From positions 280,944 through 344,943 of the forward strand of contig CAVZAU010000005.1 in the NCBI GenBank assembly GCA_963773445.1: a stretch of 64,000 bases of DNA, written 5' to 3'. Source of the stretch: an uncultured Actinomycetes bacterium (GTDB lineage: Bacteria; Actinomycetota; Thermoleophilia; Solirubrobacterales; 70-9). The position numbers and the translations under genes were made by a program. Below, piece by piece: positions 56,605-64,000 of this stretch (the stretch's first letter is position 1; every line of letters starts with the position of its first letter). The notes under the pieces are model-generated. The model made no database searches and was not told where the DNA came from. It worked only from the letters and a program-made list of their open reading frames with translations.

Positions 56605-57615
56605 ATGCCGCCGCTGCTCGAGCGCCTCGGGGTGGAGCTGCCCGTCGTCCAGGCAGGGATGGGCGGCGGGCTGAGCCGGCACGAGCTGGCGGCGGCGGTC
56701 TCGGAGGCCGGTGGCCTGGGGACGATCGCGGTCAGCGGCGCGGCGGCGATCCGCCGCGAGCTGGCGGCGGCGCGGGCGCTGACCAGGCGCCCGCTCGCCG
56801 TCAACGTGCTGCTGCCGTTCGCGCGGCGGGACTGGTTCGAGGCCGGAGCCGCGGCGGAGGTCGTCGTCACCTTCTGGGGTAAGCCGCGGCGCCGCACGCC
56901 GGGCGCTTGGCTGCACCAGTGCGGCTCGGTCGCCGAGGCGCGGGAAGCGCAGGCGGCGGGCGCCGACGGCGTCATCGTCCAGGGCGTCGAGGCGGGCGGC
57001 CACGTGCGCGGGACGACGCCGGCGCTGGAGCTGCTCGAGCGGGTGCGCGAGGCACTGCCGCTGGACTATCCGCTGCTCCTCGCCGGGGGCATCGCCGAGC
57101 GCGCCGACGTCCACGCCGCCCTCGAGGCGGGAGCGACGGCGGCCGTCGCCGGCACCCGCTTCCTCCTCAGCGAGGAGAGCCGCGCCCACGCTCTATATAA
57201 GGAGCGCCTCCTCGCGGCAGACGAAACGCTCCTCACCGACCTCTTCGGCGCCGCCTGGCCCGCACCGCACCGGGTCGTCCCAAACGCCGCGACGGCCCGT
57301 TGGTTGGGCGGCGTTCGTCCTTTTCCGGGCATATGCCCGGAAAAGGACGAACGCCGGGTGGTTTTGCGCGCTCCTTCCGCGAATCGCGCCCTCAACCGCC
57401 TGCTGGCGCCTGGGGCTCGCTACACGCCGCCGTCCCTGCAGCTGCGGATGATGCGGGGGCAGCGGCCGGGGAGCCGGCTGCTGACGCCGGCGGGCCCGAC
57501 GGACGACGGGCCGGCGACGCTGGTCGACGCCGGGGCGCTCTACGCGGGGGAGACGGTGGCGCGAATCGACGCGGTTCGTCCCGCCGCCGACCTCGTCCGA
57601 GAACTTGCGGGTTGA
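56605..57615 (+). CDS. Nitronate monooxygenase / NPD-family FMN oxidoreductase carrying an in-frame palindromic insertion
   Basis: LPVVQAGMGGG, IVQGVEAGGH and LLAGGI motifs. 336 aa. Confidence 0.85.
   Translation: MPPLLERLGVELPVVQAGMGGGLSRHELAAAVSEAGGLGTIAVSGAAAIRRELAAARALTRRPLAVNVLLPFARRDWFEAGAAAEVVVTFWGKPRRRTPGAWLHQCGSVAEAREAQAAGADGVIVQGVEAGGHVRGTTPALELLERVREALPLDYPLLLAGGIAERADVHAALEAGATAAVAGTRFLLSEESRAHALYKERLLAADETLLTDLFGAAWPAPHRVVPNAATARWLGGVRPFPGICPEKDERRVVLRAPSANRALNRLLAPGARYTPPSLQLRMMRGQRPGSRLLTPAGPTDDGPATLVDAGALYAGETVARIDAVRPAADLVRELAG
57309..57356. repeat. Perfect 48-bp palindrome inside the NMO coding region
   Basis: CGGCGTTCGTCCTTTTCCGGGCAT|ATGCCCGGAAAAGGACGAACGCCG, with no mismatch and symmetry centre at 57332/57333. 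Confidence 0.95.
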
Positions 57616-58080
57616 ATCGGCGGCTTCCTCGACATCGGCGACCTCGTCTTCACCACCCAGGCCGGCGCGCTCTTCCGCTACGACCTGCTCTGGGCCGTCG
57701 TCCTCGGCGTCCTCGGCATCGCCGTCTACGCGGAGATGTCGGGACGGGTCGCCGCGGTCAGCGGCCGCCCCGTCTTCGACGTGATCCGGATGCGGATGGG
57801 TTTCGGCCTCGGGCTCCTCGCCCTCCTCGCCAGCACCGCGGTCAACCTGCTCACGCTCGCCGCCGAGCTGGGCGGGATCGCGATCGTCCTCGAGCTCCTC
57901 CTCGACGCCCCCTACAGCATGTTCGTCGTCACCGCGGCCGCCGCCCTCGTCCTCATCGTCGCCCTGCTCCCCTTCGGTCGCCCTGCTCCCCTTCGGCGGC
58001 ATCGAGCGCGTCTTCGCCAGGCGTTTCCCTGGGAGGCGGTGGTCGAGCTGACCGGCGATGCCGTCGTGGTGCGGACCTAG
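57616..58080 (+). pseudogene. Nramp/MntH-family transporter remnant (N- and C-terminally truncated, frameshifted)
   Basis: The frame opens at the NMO stop and reads IGGFLDIGDLVFTTQAGALFRYDLLWAVVLGVLGIAVYAEMSGRVAAVSGRPVFDVIR... It has no start codon, and a 19-bp duplication shifts the frame after ...LLPFG. Confidence 0.75.
57958..57995 (+). repeat. Perfect 19-bp tandem duplication
   Basis: GTCGCCCTGCTCCCCTTCG occurs at 57958-57976 and again at 57977-57995. Confidence 0.95.
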
Positions 58081-58104
58081 AAGACGGGCCGGCAAACCGC
58101 TCCT

Positions 58105-58482
58105 GTGAGAATTGAGGGCATGGCGGGGGGACGGATCCTGCGGATCGCCGAGCGCGATCTCGGCGCAGACCGGTGCGAGCTGCAGCTCGACGGCGAGCTC
58201 GACCTCTGGAGCGTCGAGCGCCTGCAGGCGGTGCTGCAGCGGGTGGCGCGCGATAACAACGCAGTGGTCGTCGGCCTCGAGAGCTGCGAGTTCGTCGACT
58301 CGACCGGGATCGCCCTCTTCCTCCAGGTGCGCCGCCAGCTCGAAGACGAAGGCGGCCGCCTCGTTCTCTACGGCTGCTCCGAGCAGGTCCTCCGCATCTT
58401 CACCGTCGCCGGCCTGACCGACGCCGGCATCGTCTTCGGCAGCCGCGGCGAAGCACTGGCCGAGCTGGCCGCGGTCGAGTAG
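58105..58482 (+). CDS. STAS-domain anti-sigma-factor antagonist
   Basis: 125 aa, LQLDGELDLWSVERL...CEFVDSTGIALFLQV...VLRIFTVAGL, a SpoIIAA-like pattern. Confidence 0.85.
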   Translation: MRIEGMAGGRILRIAERDLGADRCELQLDGELDLWSVERLQAVLQRVARDNNAVVVGLESCEFVDSTGIALFLQVRRQLEDEGGRLVLYGCSEQVLRIFTVAGLTDAGIVFGSRGEALAELAAVE

Positions 58483-58539
58483 GGGCGTCAGTACTCGCCG
58501 GCGCAGAGGATCCAGTGGGGAGGCTCATCCCCGCCGAGG

Positions 58540-58908
58540 CTATTCGACGACGATCTTGCCCTTCATGAAGGAGTGGATCTTGCAGTGGTAGGCGAAGGTG
58601 CCGCGCTTGTTGAACTGGACCGTCTTCGTCTTCCCGGGGGCGATGTTCTTGGTGTCGAAGACGCCGCCCTTGGTCGCGGTGTGGGTCGTGTTGGCGGTGT
58701 TGGCGAAGGCGACGCGGGCGCCGCGCTTGACCTTCAGCGTCCCGGGCTTGAAGGCGAAGTTGACGATCGAGACCTTCTTCGTGGCGCTCGCCGTGGCCGT
58801 TGCCGGTCCGGAGGCCTCGCTCTGCCGCACCGCAAGGGAGCCGAGCAGGGCCAGTCCGAGCACCAGGGCGAGAGCCCCCCATCTGTATCGCTGCAGTGAA
58901 GTTGTCAT
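58540..58908 (-). CDS. Secreted cupredoxin (plastocyanin/azurin-like blue copper protein)
   Basis: Signal/anchor segment WGALALVLGLALLGSLA. C-terminal YHCKIHSFMKG (Cys-His-Met ligands) plus an upstream His. ATG 58908 chosen. Confidence 0.85.
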   Translation of the reverse strand: MTTSLQRYRWGALALVLGLALLGSLAVRQSEASGPATATASATKKVSIVNFAFKPGTLKVKRGARVAFANTANTTHTATKGGVFDTKNIAPGKTKTVQFNKRGTFAYHCKIHSFMKGKIVVE

Positions 58909-58974
58909 GACCGGGGTACGGCTGGCACTCGCAGGGGGTTCACCGGCCCGCTCCGGCGGGCCATAATGGCGCAT

Positions 58975-59047
58975 GGGCGGTTAGCTCAGTTGGGAGAGCA
59001 CTTCCCTTACAAGGAAGGGGTCACTGGTTCGAGCCCAGTACCGCCCA
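58975..59047 (+). tRNA. tRNA-Val (anticodon UAC)
   Basis: Hand-folded canonical cloverleaf: GGGCGGT/ACCGCCC acceptor, GCTC-AGTTGGGA-GAGC D-arm, CTTCC-CTTACAA-GGAAG anticodon arm, ACTGG-TTCGAGC-CCAGT T-arm. Confidence 0.95.
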
Positions 59048-59050
59048 TTC

Positions 59051-59446
59051 GTGAATCGTCCGGCGCAAACGCAGACCACGGTCATCGAGCGTCTCTTCAA
59101 GAGGGTGCTCAAGGGGGAACCCGAGCGAGTTCTCGCTCTGCTGCACCCGAAGATCGAATGGACGCCGACCGTCTGGAGCGGCGAAGCGATGTACCGCGGC
59201 CACGAAGGGGTCCACCTCTGGCTCTCCCAGTTCGGCGAGAGTCTCGAGCACCTCGACATCCGGGTCCTCGAGGTCGAGGTACGGGAGGGCCGCGGCGCCG
59301 TCCTCGGCATGGTCTTCGACACCCGCGGCGAGCAGACATTCGCCGTTGAAGTTCCCTGGAGCTACGAGATGGAGGAGGACCTCCTGCGCCGCGGCCGCGC
59401 CCACGGCAGCTGGGAGGAAGCGCTGCAGGCGGCCGGCCTCAGCTGA
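59051..59446 (+). CDS. SnoaL-like / NTF2-fold protein
   Basis: 131 aa. The pattern IERLFKRVLKGEPERVLALLHPKIEW is typical of SnoaL-like domains. GTG start 4 nt after the tRNA. Confidence 0.65.
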   Translation: MNRPAQTQTTVIERLFKRVLKGEPERVLALLHPKIEWTPTVWSGEAMYRGHEGVHLWLSQFGESLEHLDIRVLEVEVREGRGAVLGMVFDTRGEQTFAVEVPWSYEMEEDLLRRGRAHGSWEEALQAAGLS

Positions 59447-60185
59447 GCGCCTGCACGGCCAGCACCGCTGCCACCACCAGCCCGATCACCGCGATCGAGA
59501 TCCGCAGCGGGTTGGCCGGGACGCGGCGGGCGTAGTGGGCGCCGATGCGGCCGCCGGCGAAGGAGGAGACCATGATCGTCAGCGCGTAGCGCCACTCGAC
59601 CGGGGCGAGGAAGGCGTAGGCGACGGCGGCGAGGAGGTTGGCGCAGCCGGCGAGGAGGATCTTCATCGCGTTGACGTGCTGGATGGTGTCGGCGACGAAG
59701 AGGGTGAGGAGGGCGAAGAGGAGGATGCTGACGGCGGAGCCGAAGTAGGCCGCGTAGGCGCCGCAGAAGAAGATGCCGGCGGTGAGGTAGGGAGAGTGCT
59801 CGTTGCCGGCGTGCGAGAGGCGCGGGCCGATGCGGGGCTGGAGGAGGAGCAGCAGGCAGGAGAGGGCGATCAGGAGCGGGACGATCGCTTCGAAGGCGGC
59901 ATCGGAGGTGAGCAGGAGGAGGACGGTCCCGGCCACTGCGCCGAGCAGCATCGGCACCAGCAGGCGCGCGAACCGCTGGCCCTGCTCGCGCAGCAGATCG
60001 CTGTAGCCGAGGGCGCCGCCGACCGAGGCAGGGACGATGCCGACGGTGTTGGTGACGTTGGCGGCGAGCGGCGGCAGCCCGAGCGCGACCTGGGTTGGGA
60101 AGGTGATCAGGGCGCCGCCGCCGGCGATGGAGTTGGCGAACCCCGCCGCGGCCCCGGCCGCCGCGACAGCGAGGAGCTCGAGCAT
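59439..60185 (-). CDS. TauE/SafE-family sulfite/anion exporter
   Basis: 248 aa, about 8 TMS, internally repeated Gly-rich TM pattern. Confidence 0.88.
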   Translation of the reverse strand: MLELLAVAAAGAAAGFANSIAGGGALITFPTQVALGLPPLAANVTNTVGIVPASVGGALGYSDLLREQGQRFARLLVPMLLGAVAGTVLLLLTSDAAFEAIVPLLIALSCLLLLLQPRIGPRLSHAGNEHSPYLTAGIFFCGAYAAYFGSAVSILLFALLTLFVADTIQHVNAMKILLAGCANLLAAVAYAFLAPVEWRYALTIMVSSFAGGRIGAHYARRVPANPLRISIAVIGLVVAAVLAVQALS

Positions 60186-60209
60186 GCGCCCCAGTCTCGC
60201 CGAAAACGG

Positions 60210-61082
60210 TCAGGCGACGGCGCGCGGGACCGGGGTGCCGCCGCGGCGCTTCTCGCCCTTGGTGACGACGTCGAAGAAGTAGTCGTTGCGGCCGCGGCGC
60301 AGGGGGCGCGGCATCGCGCGGCGGGCGCGGCGGTGGGCGGCGGTGACCGAGCGGAAGGCCCGCTCGTGGGTCTGGCCCCAGCGGATCCCGAAGACCTCCC
60401 GCACCCGCGGCGGCAGGGTTCCCTTGAGGATCAGGTTCTGCGTCTCCAGGTTGAGCCGGGCGTGCCGCGGCACCGGCTGGCGGAAGGCGACCAGCGGCGC
60501 CATCTCCAGCGCGTGTGCGGTCGCATGCATCTCGGGGGAGGCAAGCTTGCCCTCGAACCAGGCGCGGAACTCGCGGTAGCTGGCGGGGACCTCCGAGCGG
60601 GGCAGGCCGAAGAGCTCGCCGAAGCGGACGTAGTCCTGCCAGAGCGCCTCGCGCTCGCCTTCGTTCAGCGGCGCCGCCATCGTTTCGTACATCGCCCGGC
60701 CGGAGTCGGCGATCACCGCCAGCGTCCACAGCATCAGCTCCGGATCGAAGGCGGAATAGGCGCTGCCGGCGGCGTGGACGCCCGCCGCTTCGGCCAGCTC
60801 GCCCTTCACCCGCTCGTGCAGCCGGTGCACCGCCGCCAGCGCCTTGTCGGCTTCGTCTCTAGTGCCGAGGAAGACGGTCTCCTGGATCTTCGCCGTGCGG
60901 GCAAGCCGGGTGAAGGGATGGTCGCCCGCGTTGCTGCTCTGCATCGTGCCGGTGTAGGTGAGGGGTTCCAGCGCCCCGATCAACAGCGCTCGTTGCCCGT
61001 AGAGCAGGCCGACGGAGCGCTCGCCATGGACGCGGCGGGCCATCGATCGGCCGGGCGGGAAATAATGCTCAGAGTCGCTCAC
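60210..61082 (-). CDS. MpaB/DUF2236-family oxygenase-like protein
   Basis: 290 aa, RRVHGERSVGLLYGQRALLIGALEP...FTRLARTAKIQETV...AVHRLHERV, resembling DUF2236 (recollection only). Confidence 0.75.
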   Translation of the reverse strand: MSDSEHYFPPGRSMARRVHGERSVGLLYGQRALLIGALEPLTYTGTMQSSNAGDHPFTRLARTAKIQETVFLGTRDEADKALAAVHRLHERVKGELAEAAGVHAAGSAYSAFDPELMLWTLAVIADSGRAMYETMAAPLNEGEREALWQDYVRFGELFGLPRSEVPASYREFRAWFEGKLASPEMHATAHALEMAPLVAFRQPVPRHARLNLETQNLILKGTLPPRVREVFGIRWGQTHERAFRSVTAAHRRARRAMPRPLRRGRNDYFFDVVTKGEKRRGGTPVPRAVA

Positions 61083-61162
61083 TGGTCGTCTGGCCAGCCA
61101 GTCTAACCGCCCGAGTGCCAGATTGGACGATTAATCAAACCATTGCCCATTGCAGCGCCCTT

Positions 61163-62758
61163 CTACCGGGGCGTGTCGCGGCTCATCGCCACCAGCGCCG
61201 CGCCGGAACCTGCCGACTCGACCAAGCCGCGCAGCTCGTGCGCGTCGAAAATCTCGTCCAGCTCCTCCCGCGTCAGCGTCTCCCGCTCCAGCGCCAGGAC
61301 CGCGAGGTGGTCGAGCACCTCGAGGTTGGCGGAGAGCAGGGCGCGGGCGCGGCGATAGGCCTCGCGGGCGAGCGTCATCGCCGCCTGGTCGACCTCGCGC
61401 CGGGTCTGGTCGGAGACCGCGTAGTCGCCGGTCGGCAGCGCGATCGGCGCCGGCCCGTCGTGGTCGAGCGCGACCCCCATCCCGAATTCGGAGACCATCT
61501 GCTTGCAGACGAGGTGGACCCGGTTGAGGTCGTCGGAGGCGCCGGAGTAGGACTCGCCGAGGACGATCTCCTCGGCGGCGCGGCCGCCCAGCAGCGTCAC
61601 CACCTCATCCAGCAGTTCGTCGCGGGACTTCAGGTAGCTGTCCTCCTGCGGCGAGTGGGCGACGAAGCCGAGCGCGGGGCCGCGGGGGACGATGCTGAGG
61701 ATCTCCGGCGGGTCGAGCCCGAGCAGCTTGCGGCAGAGGGCGTGGCCGGCCTCGTGGTAGGCGACGATCCGCCGCTCCTTGGCGTTGAGCCGGCGGGCCT
61801 GCTGGGAGCCGACCGCCTGCCGCAGCAGCGCCTCGTCCAAGTCCTCGCGGCTCATGTAGAAGCGGCCGGCGCGGCCGGCGATGATCGCGCCCTCGTTGAG
61901 CGCGTTCGCGAGCTGGGCGCCGGTCATCCCGGTGGTCTTACGGGCGACGTCGCCGAGGTCGAGGTCAGGCGCGAGCGGCTTGTCCTTGGCATGGCTGCGG
62001 AGGATCGCCTCGCGGCCGGCGCGGTCGGGCGAGGCGACGAGGACGCGGCGGTCGAAGCGGCCTGGCCGCAGCAGCGCCTTGTCGAGCTTTTCGACATGGT
62101 TCGAGGCGGCAATCACGATCACCATCCCCGGGTCCTTCTCGAAGCCGTCGAGCTCGACCAGCAGCTGGTTCAGTGCCTGCTCGCGCTCGCTGGTGCCGCC
62201 GTCGCCACCGCCGCTGGAGCGGGAGCCGCCGATCGCGTCGAGCTCGTCGATGAAGATGACGGCGCGGCCGGAGCGGCGCGCCTCCTTGAAGAGGCGGCGG
62301 ATGCGGGCGGCGCCGCGGCCGACGAACATCTCGACGAAGCTGGAGCCGGAGGCGGCGAAGAAGTCGACGCCGGCCTGGGCGGCCACGGCGCGGGCCAGCA
62401 TCGTCTTGCCGGTGCCGGGCGGGCCGTGGAGGAGGACGCCGCGGGGGGCCTTGGCCCCGAGGGCGGAGAAGCGGTCGGGTTCGCGCAGCCAGGCGGCGAC
62501 GTCCATCAGCTCCTCCTTGGCGGCGTCAACGCCCTGGACCTGCTCCCAGAGGACCGGCTCGGTGCGGGAGGACTTCACCGTCTCCGGCTTGGTCGATCCC
62601 ATCATCCCCCGCATCATTTTCAGGAAGACGAAGCAGAGGATCGACATGAAGAGGACCCCGAAGACGGGGTACCAGTTGAAAAAGAATTCCTGCACGTTCG
62701 CCGCCATCCACGCAGTGTGGAGACATAACCGCGATTCCCCCATCGCACATCCGTCCAA
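61163..62758 (-). CDS. FtsH-like AAA+ zinc metalloprotease, short form lacking the extracytoplasmic domain
   Basis: GPPGTGKT, IFIDELD and HEAGHAL motifs with a single N-terminal TM. ATG 62707 is a plausible alternative start. Confidence 0.9.
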   Translation of the reverse strand: MDGCAMGESRLCLHTAWMAANVQEFFFNWYPVFGVLFMSILCFVFLKMMRGMMGSTKPETVKSSRTEPVLWEQVQGVDAAKEELMDVAAWLREPDRFSALGAKAPRGVLLHGPPGTGKTMLARAVAAQAGVDFFAASGSSFVEMFVGRGAARIRRLFKEARRSGRAVIFIDELDAIGGSRSSGGGDGGTSEREQALNQLLVELDGFEKDPGMVIVIAASNHVEKLDKALLRPGRFDRRVLVASPDRAGREAILRSHAKDKPLAPDLDLGDVARKTTGMTGAQLANALNEGAIIAGRAGRFYMSREDLDEALLRQAVGSQQARRLNAKERRIVAYHEAGHALCRKLLGLDPPEILSIVPRGPALGFVAHSPQEDSYLKSRDELLDEVVTLLGGRAAEEIVLGESYSGASDDLNRVHLVCKQMVSEFGMGVALDHDGPAPIALPTGDYAVSDQTRREVDQAAMTLAREAYRRARALLSANLEVLDHLAVLALERETLTREELDEIFDAHELRGLVESAGSGAALVAMSRDTPR

Positions 62759-62800
62759 ATGCGGGCGCAGGGCTAAAGGTCGTGCCTAGTCCCGTTTCGC

Positions 62801-62843
62801 GAAGCCGCAAAAACCCGGGCTGTATACGGGTTTTTGCGGTCTC
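62801..62843. terminator. Hairpin of the GCAAAAACCCG family downstream of the MBL gene
   Basis: GAAGCCGCAAAAACCCG (62801-62817) pairs with CGGGTTTTTGCGGTCTC (62827-62843). 62805-62846 is 40/42 identical to 30296-30337. Confidence 0.5.
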
Positions 62844-62846
62844 GCG

Positions 62847-63590
62847 TTATTTCTCGACCTGGGAGCCGCCGACGATGGCGTCCTCGCCGGAGTCGCCGAA
62901 GACGACCCAGGCCTTGTTGCCGCCGTCGTAGTCGGGGGCCCAGAGCTTCAGGGTCGCCGGCCGGCCCCAGACCGTCACCTGCTCCTCGCCGGTCGAGTCG
63001 AGGCCGCGCCAGATCCGCACGAACGGGTTGCGCTCCCACTCGGCGGCGATCGTCGTCGGCTCGCGGTGACCGGGATGGACGGTGGTGTTCGGCGGCAGCT
63101 CCAGCAGCCGCATCACCGAGGCCTGGAGGTCGGCGAAGCCGCTGGCTCCGGGCGCCATCGTCCCGCCCACCGTCCCCTTGAAGAGGACGTCGGCGGTGAA
63201 GACGTCGGTGCCGTTGACGAGGTAGGCGAGGTGGCCGGCGGCGTGGCCGGGGGTGTAGATCGCTTCGATCTCGAGGCCGCCGGCCTCGAGCTTCTCGCCG
63301 TCGCCGAGGACGATCTCGACCTCCTCGTCGAGCTCGGCGGCGCAGTCCGCGTGGGCGACCAGCGGCGGGTTGCCGAGCTGCGCCCGCGCCTCGGCGAGGC
63401 CGGCGACGTGGTCGCCGTGGGGATGGGTGACGAGGACGTGGGTGATCTCGATCCCCTCGCGCTCGGCCCGTTCCAGCAGCGGCCCCAGCTCGTCGTTGCC
63501 GTCGACGAGGACGCCGCTGCCGCGGCCGGGGTCGGCGACCAGGTAGGCGTTCGACAGCCACATCGGGTTCTCGGTCCTCTCGACGATCAC
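62847..63590 (-). CDS. MBL-fold metallo-hydrolase (glyoxalase II-like) with C-terminal extension
   Basis: THPHGDHVAG (HxHxDH) and TPGHAAGH motifs. 247 aa. Confidence 0.9.
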   Translation of the reverse strand: MIVERTENPMWLSNAYLVADPGRGSGVLVDGNDELGPLLERAEREGIEITHVLVTHPHGDHVAGLAEARAQLGNPPLVAHADCAAELDEEVEIVLGDGEKLEAGGLEIEAIYTPGHAAGHLAYLVNGTDVFTADVLFKGTVGGTMAPGASGFADLQASVMRLLELPPNTTVHPGHREPTTIAAEWERNPFVRIWRGLDSTGEEQVTVWGRPATLKLWAPDYDGGNKAWVVFGDSGEDAIVGGSQVEK

Positions 63591-63654
63591 TGCTCCTCCT
63601 CGGGTCCGCGCTTCAGGGGTGTCTGAGATTAACCGTCATATATGGGGGTCAAGC

Positions 63655-64000
63655 TCAGACACGTCCGCGGCTGGGGGTGGCGCTGCCGTCGAGCAGGGTG
63701 CGCGCGACGAGCTCGGGGTTGTCCCAGGTGGGGGTGTGGCCGACGCCGGGGAGGACGAGGAAGCGGGCGTGGGCGGGGCGGCGGTGCGGCTTCGGCGGGC
63801 CGAGCAGGCGGTCCTTCTCGCACCAGGCGATCGTCACCGGCACCTCCTCCGGGTGCCCCGTCGGGTCGAAGACGTGGTTGCGCATTGCCCGGTTGGCGGC
63901 GTCGTAGCCCTCGCCGTCGAGCCAGCCGAGGGCGAGGGCTCGCGCCGCGTCGGGCGGGATCCGCTCGGGGTGGGCGGCGATCGACTGGAAGGCCGCGGCG
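63655..64000 (-). CDS. Alpha/beta hydrolase, C-terminal part (5' end beyond window)
   Basis: VLPGVGHTPTWDNPE (catalytic His region). My translation stays open in frame from 63885 to the window edge. Confidence 0.7.
   Translation of the reverse strand, partial: AAAFQSIAAHPERIPPDAARALALGWLDGEGYDAANRAMRNHVFDPTGHPEEVPVTIAWCEKDRLLGPPKPHRRPAHARFLVLPGVGHTPTWDNPELVARTLLDGSATPSRGRV

Overview
High-G+C (by eye about 68-72%) chromosomal segment with Actinomycetota-type gene content: an HspR-linked dnaK operon, ino1 plus a PIP-synthase-like gene, an F420-type LLM oxidoreductase and a ZAS anti-sigma factor. The style of the secreted proteins suggests a Thermoleophilia/Rubrobacteria-like lineage, which I cannot verify without a search. 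Backbone, left to right: sugar ABC transporter, TetR/MFS pair, purL-purQ-purS-purC, a P450, a VapBC pair, purB-purE-purD, a GYD protein, a multidomain peptidoglycan hydrolase operon, dnaK-grpE-dnaJ-hspR-clpB (minus strand), an inositol-lipid cluster (PAP2/AUR1-like, CDP-alcohol phosphatidyltransferase, ino1, truncated GT4-PHP fusion), UDG, a Ser/Thr kinase, an rlmD-like gene, a Lys-rich histone-like protein, argF-lgt-prmC-lysS, and later a short FtsH paralog. Accessory and unusual parts: (1) a ~5.5-kb integrase/excisionase element (43.9-49.5 kb). It sits at an atypical tRNA, is bounded by an exact 18-bp direct repeat, and carries a low-G+C 486-aa protein (unknown N-terminal region plus PD-(D/E)xK-like C-terminus) next to an MNT/HEPN pair; this is my best candidate for an undescribed defence module. 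(2) The target tRNA has an 18-nt UUCG-capped hairpin inserted in its D-loop. (3) A 292-bp intergenic quasi-palindrome (15456-15747) consists of two inverted ~105-nt hairpin-bounded units whose terminal stems differ by compensatory changes. (4) A family of near-identical A/T-tract hairpins occurs between genes, and a perfect 48-bp palindrome sits in frame inside a CDS. (5) A 3-kb decay zone (55.3-58.1 kb) holds a multiply frameshifted ECF sigma gene, a double-frameshifted membrane protein gene and an Nramp remnant with a 19-bp tandem duplication. (6) lysS and the rlmD-like gene have conserved N-terminal domains encoded upstream of any in-frame ATG/GTG/TTG, implying CTG or other non-canonical initiation. 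No rRNA genes or CRISPR arrays were seen. All calls rest on reading the sequence and ORF translations; no database search was possible.
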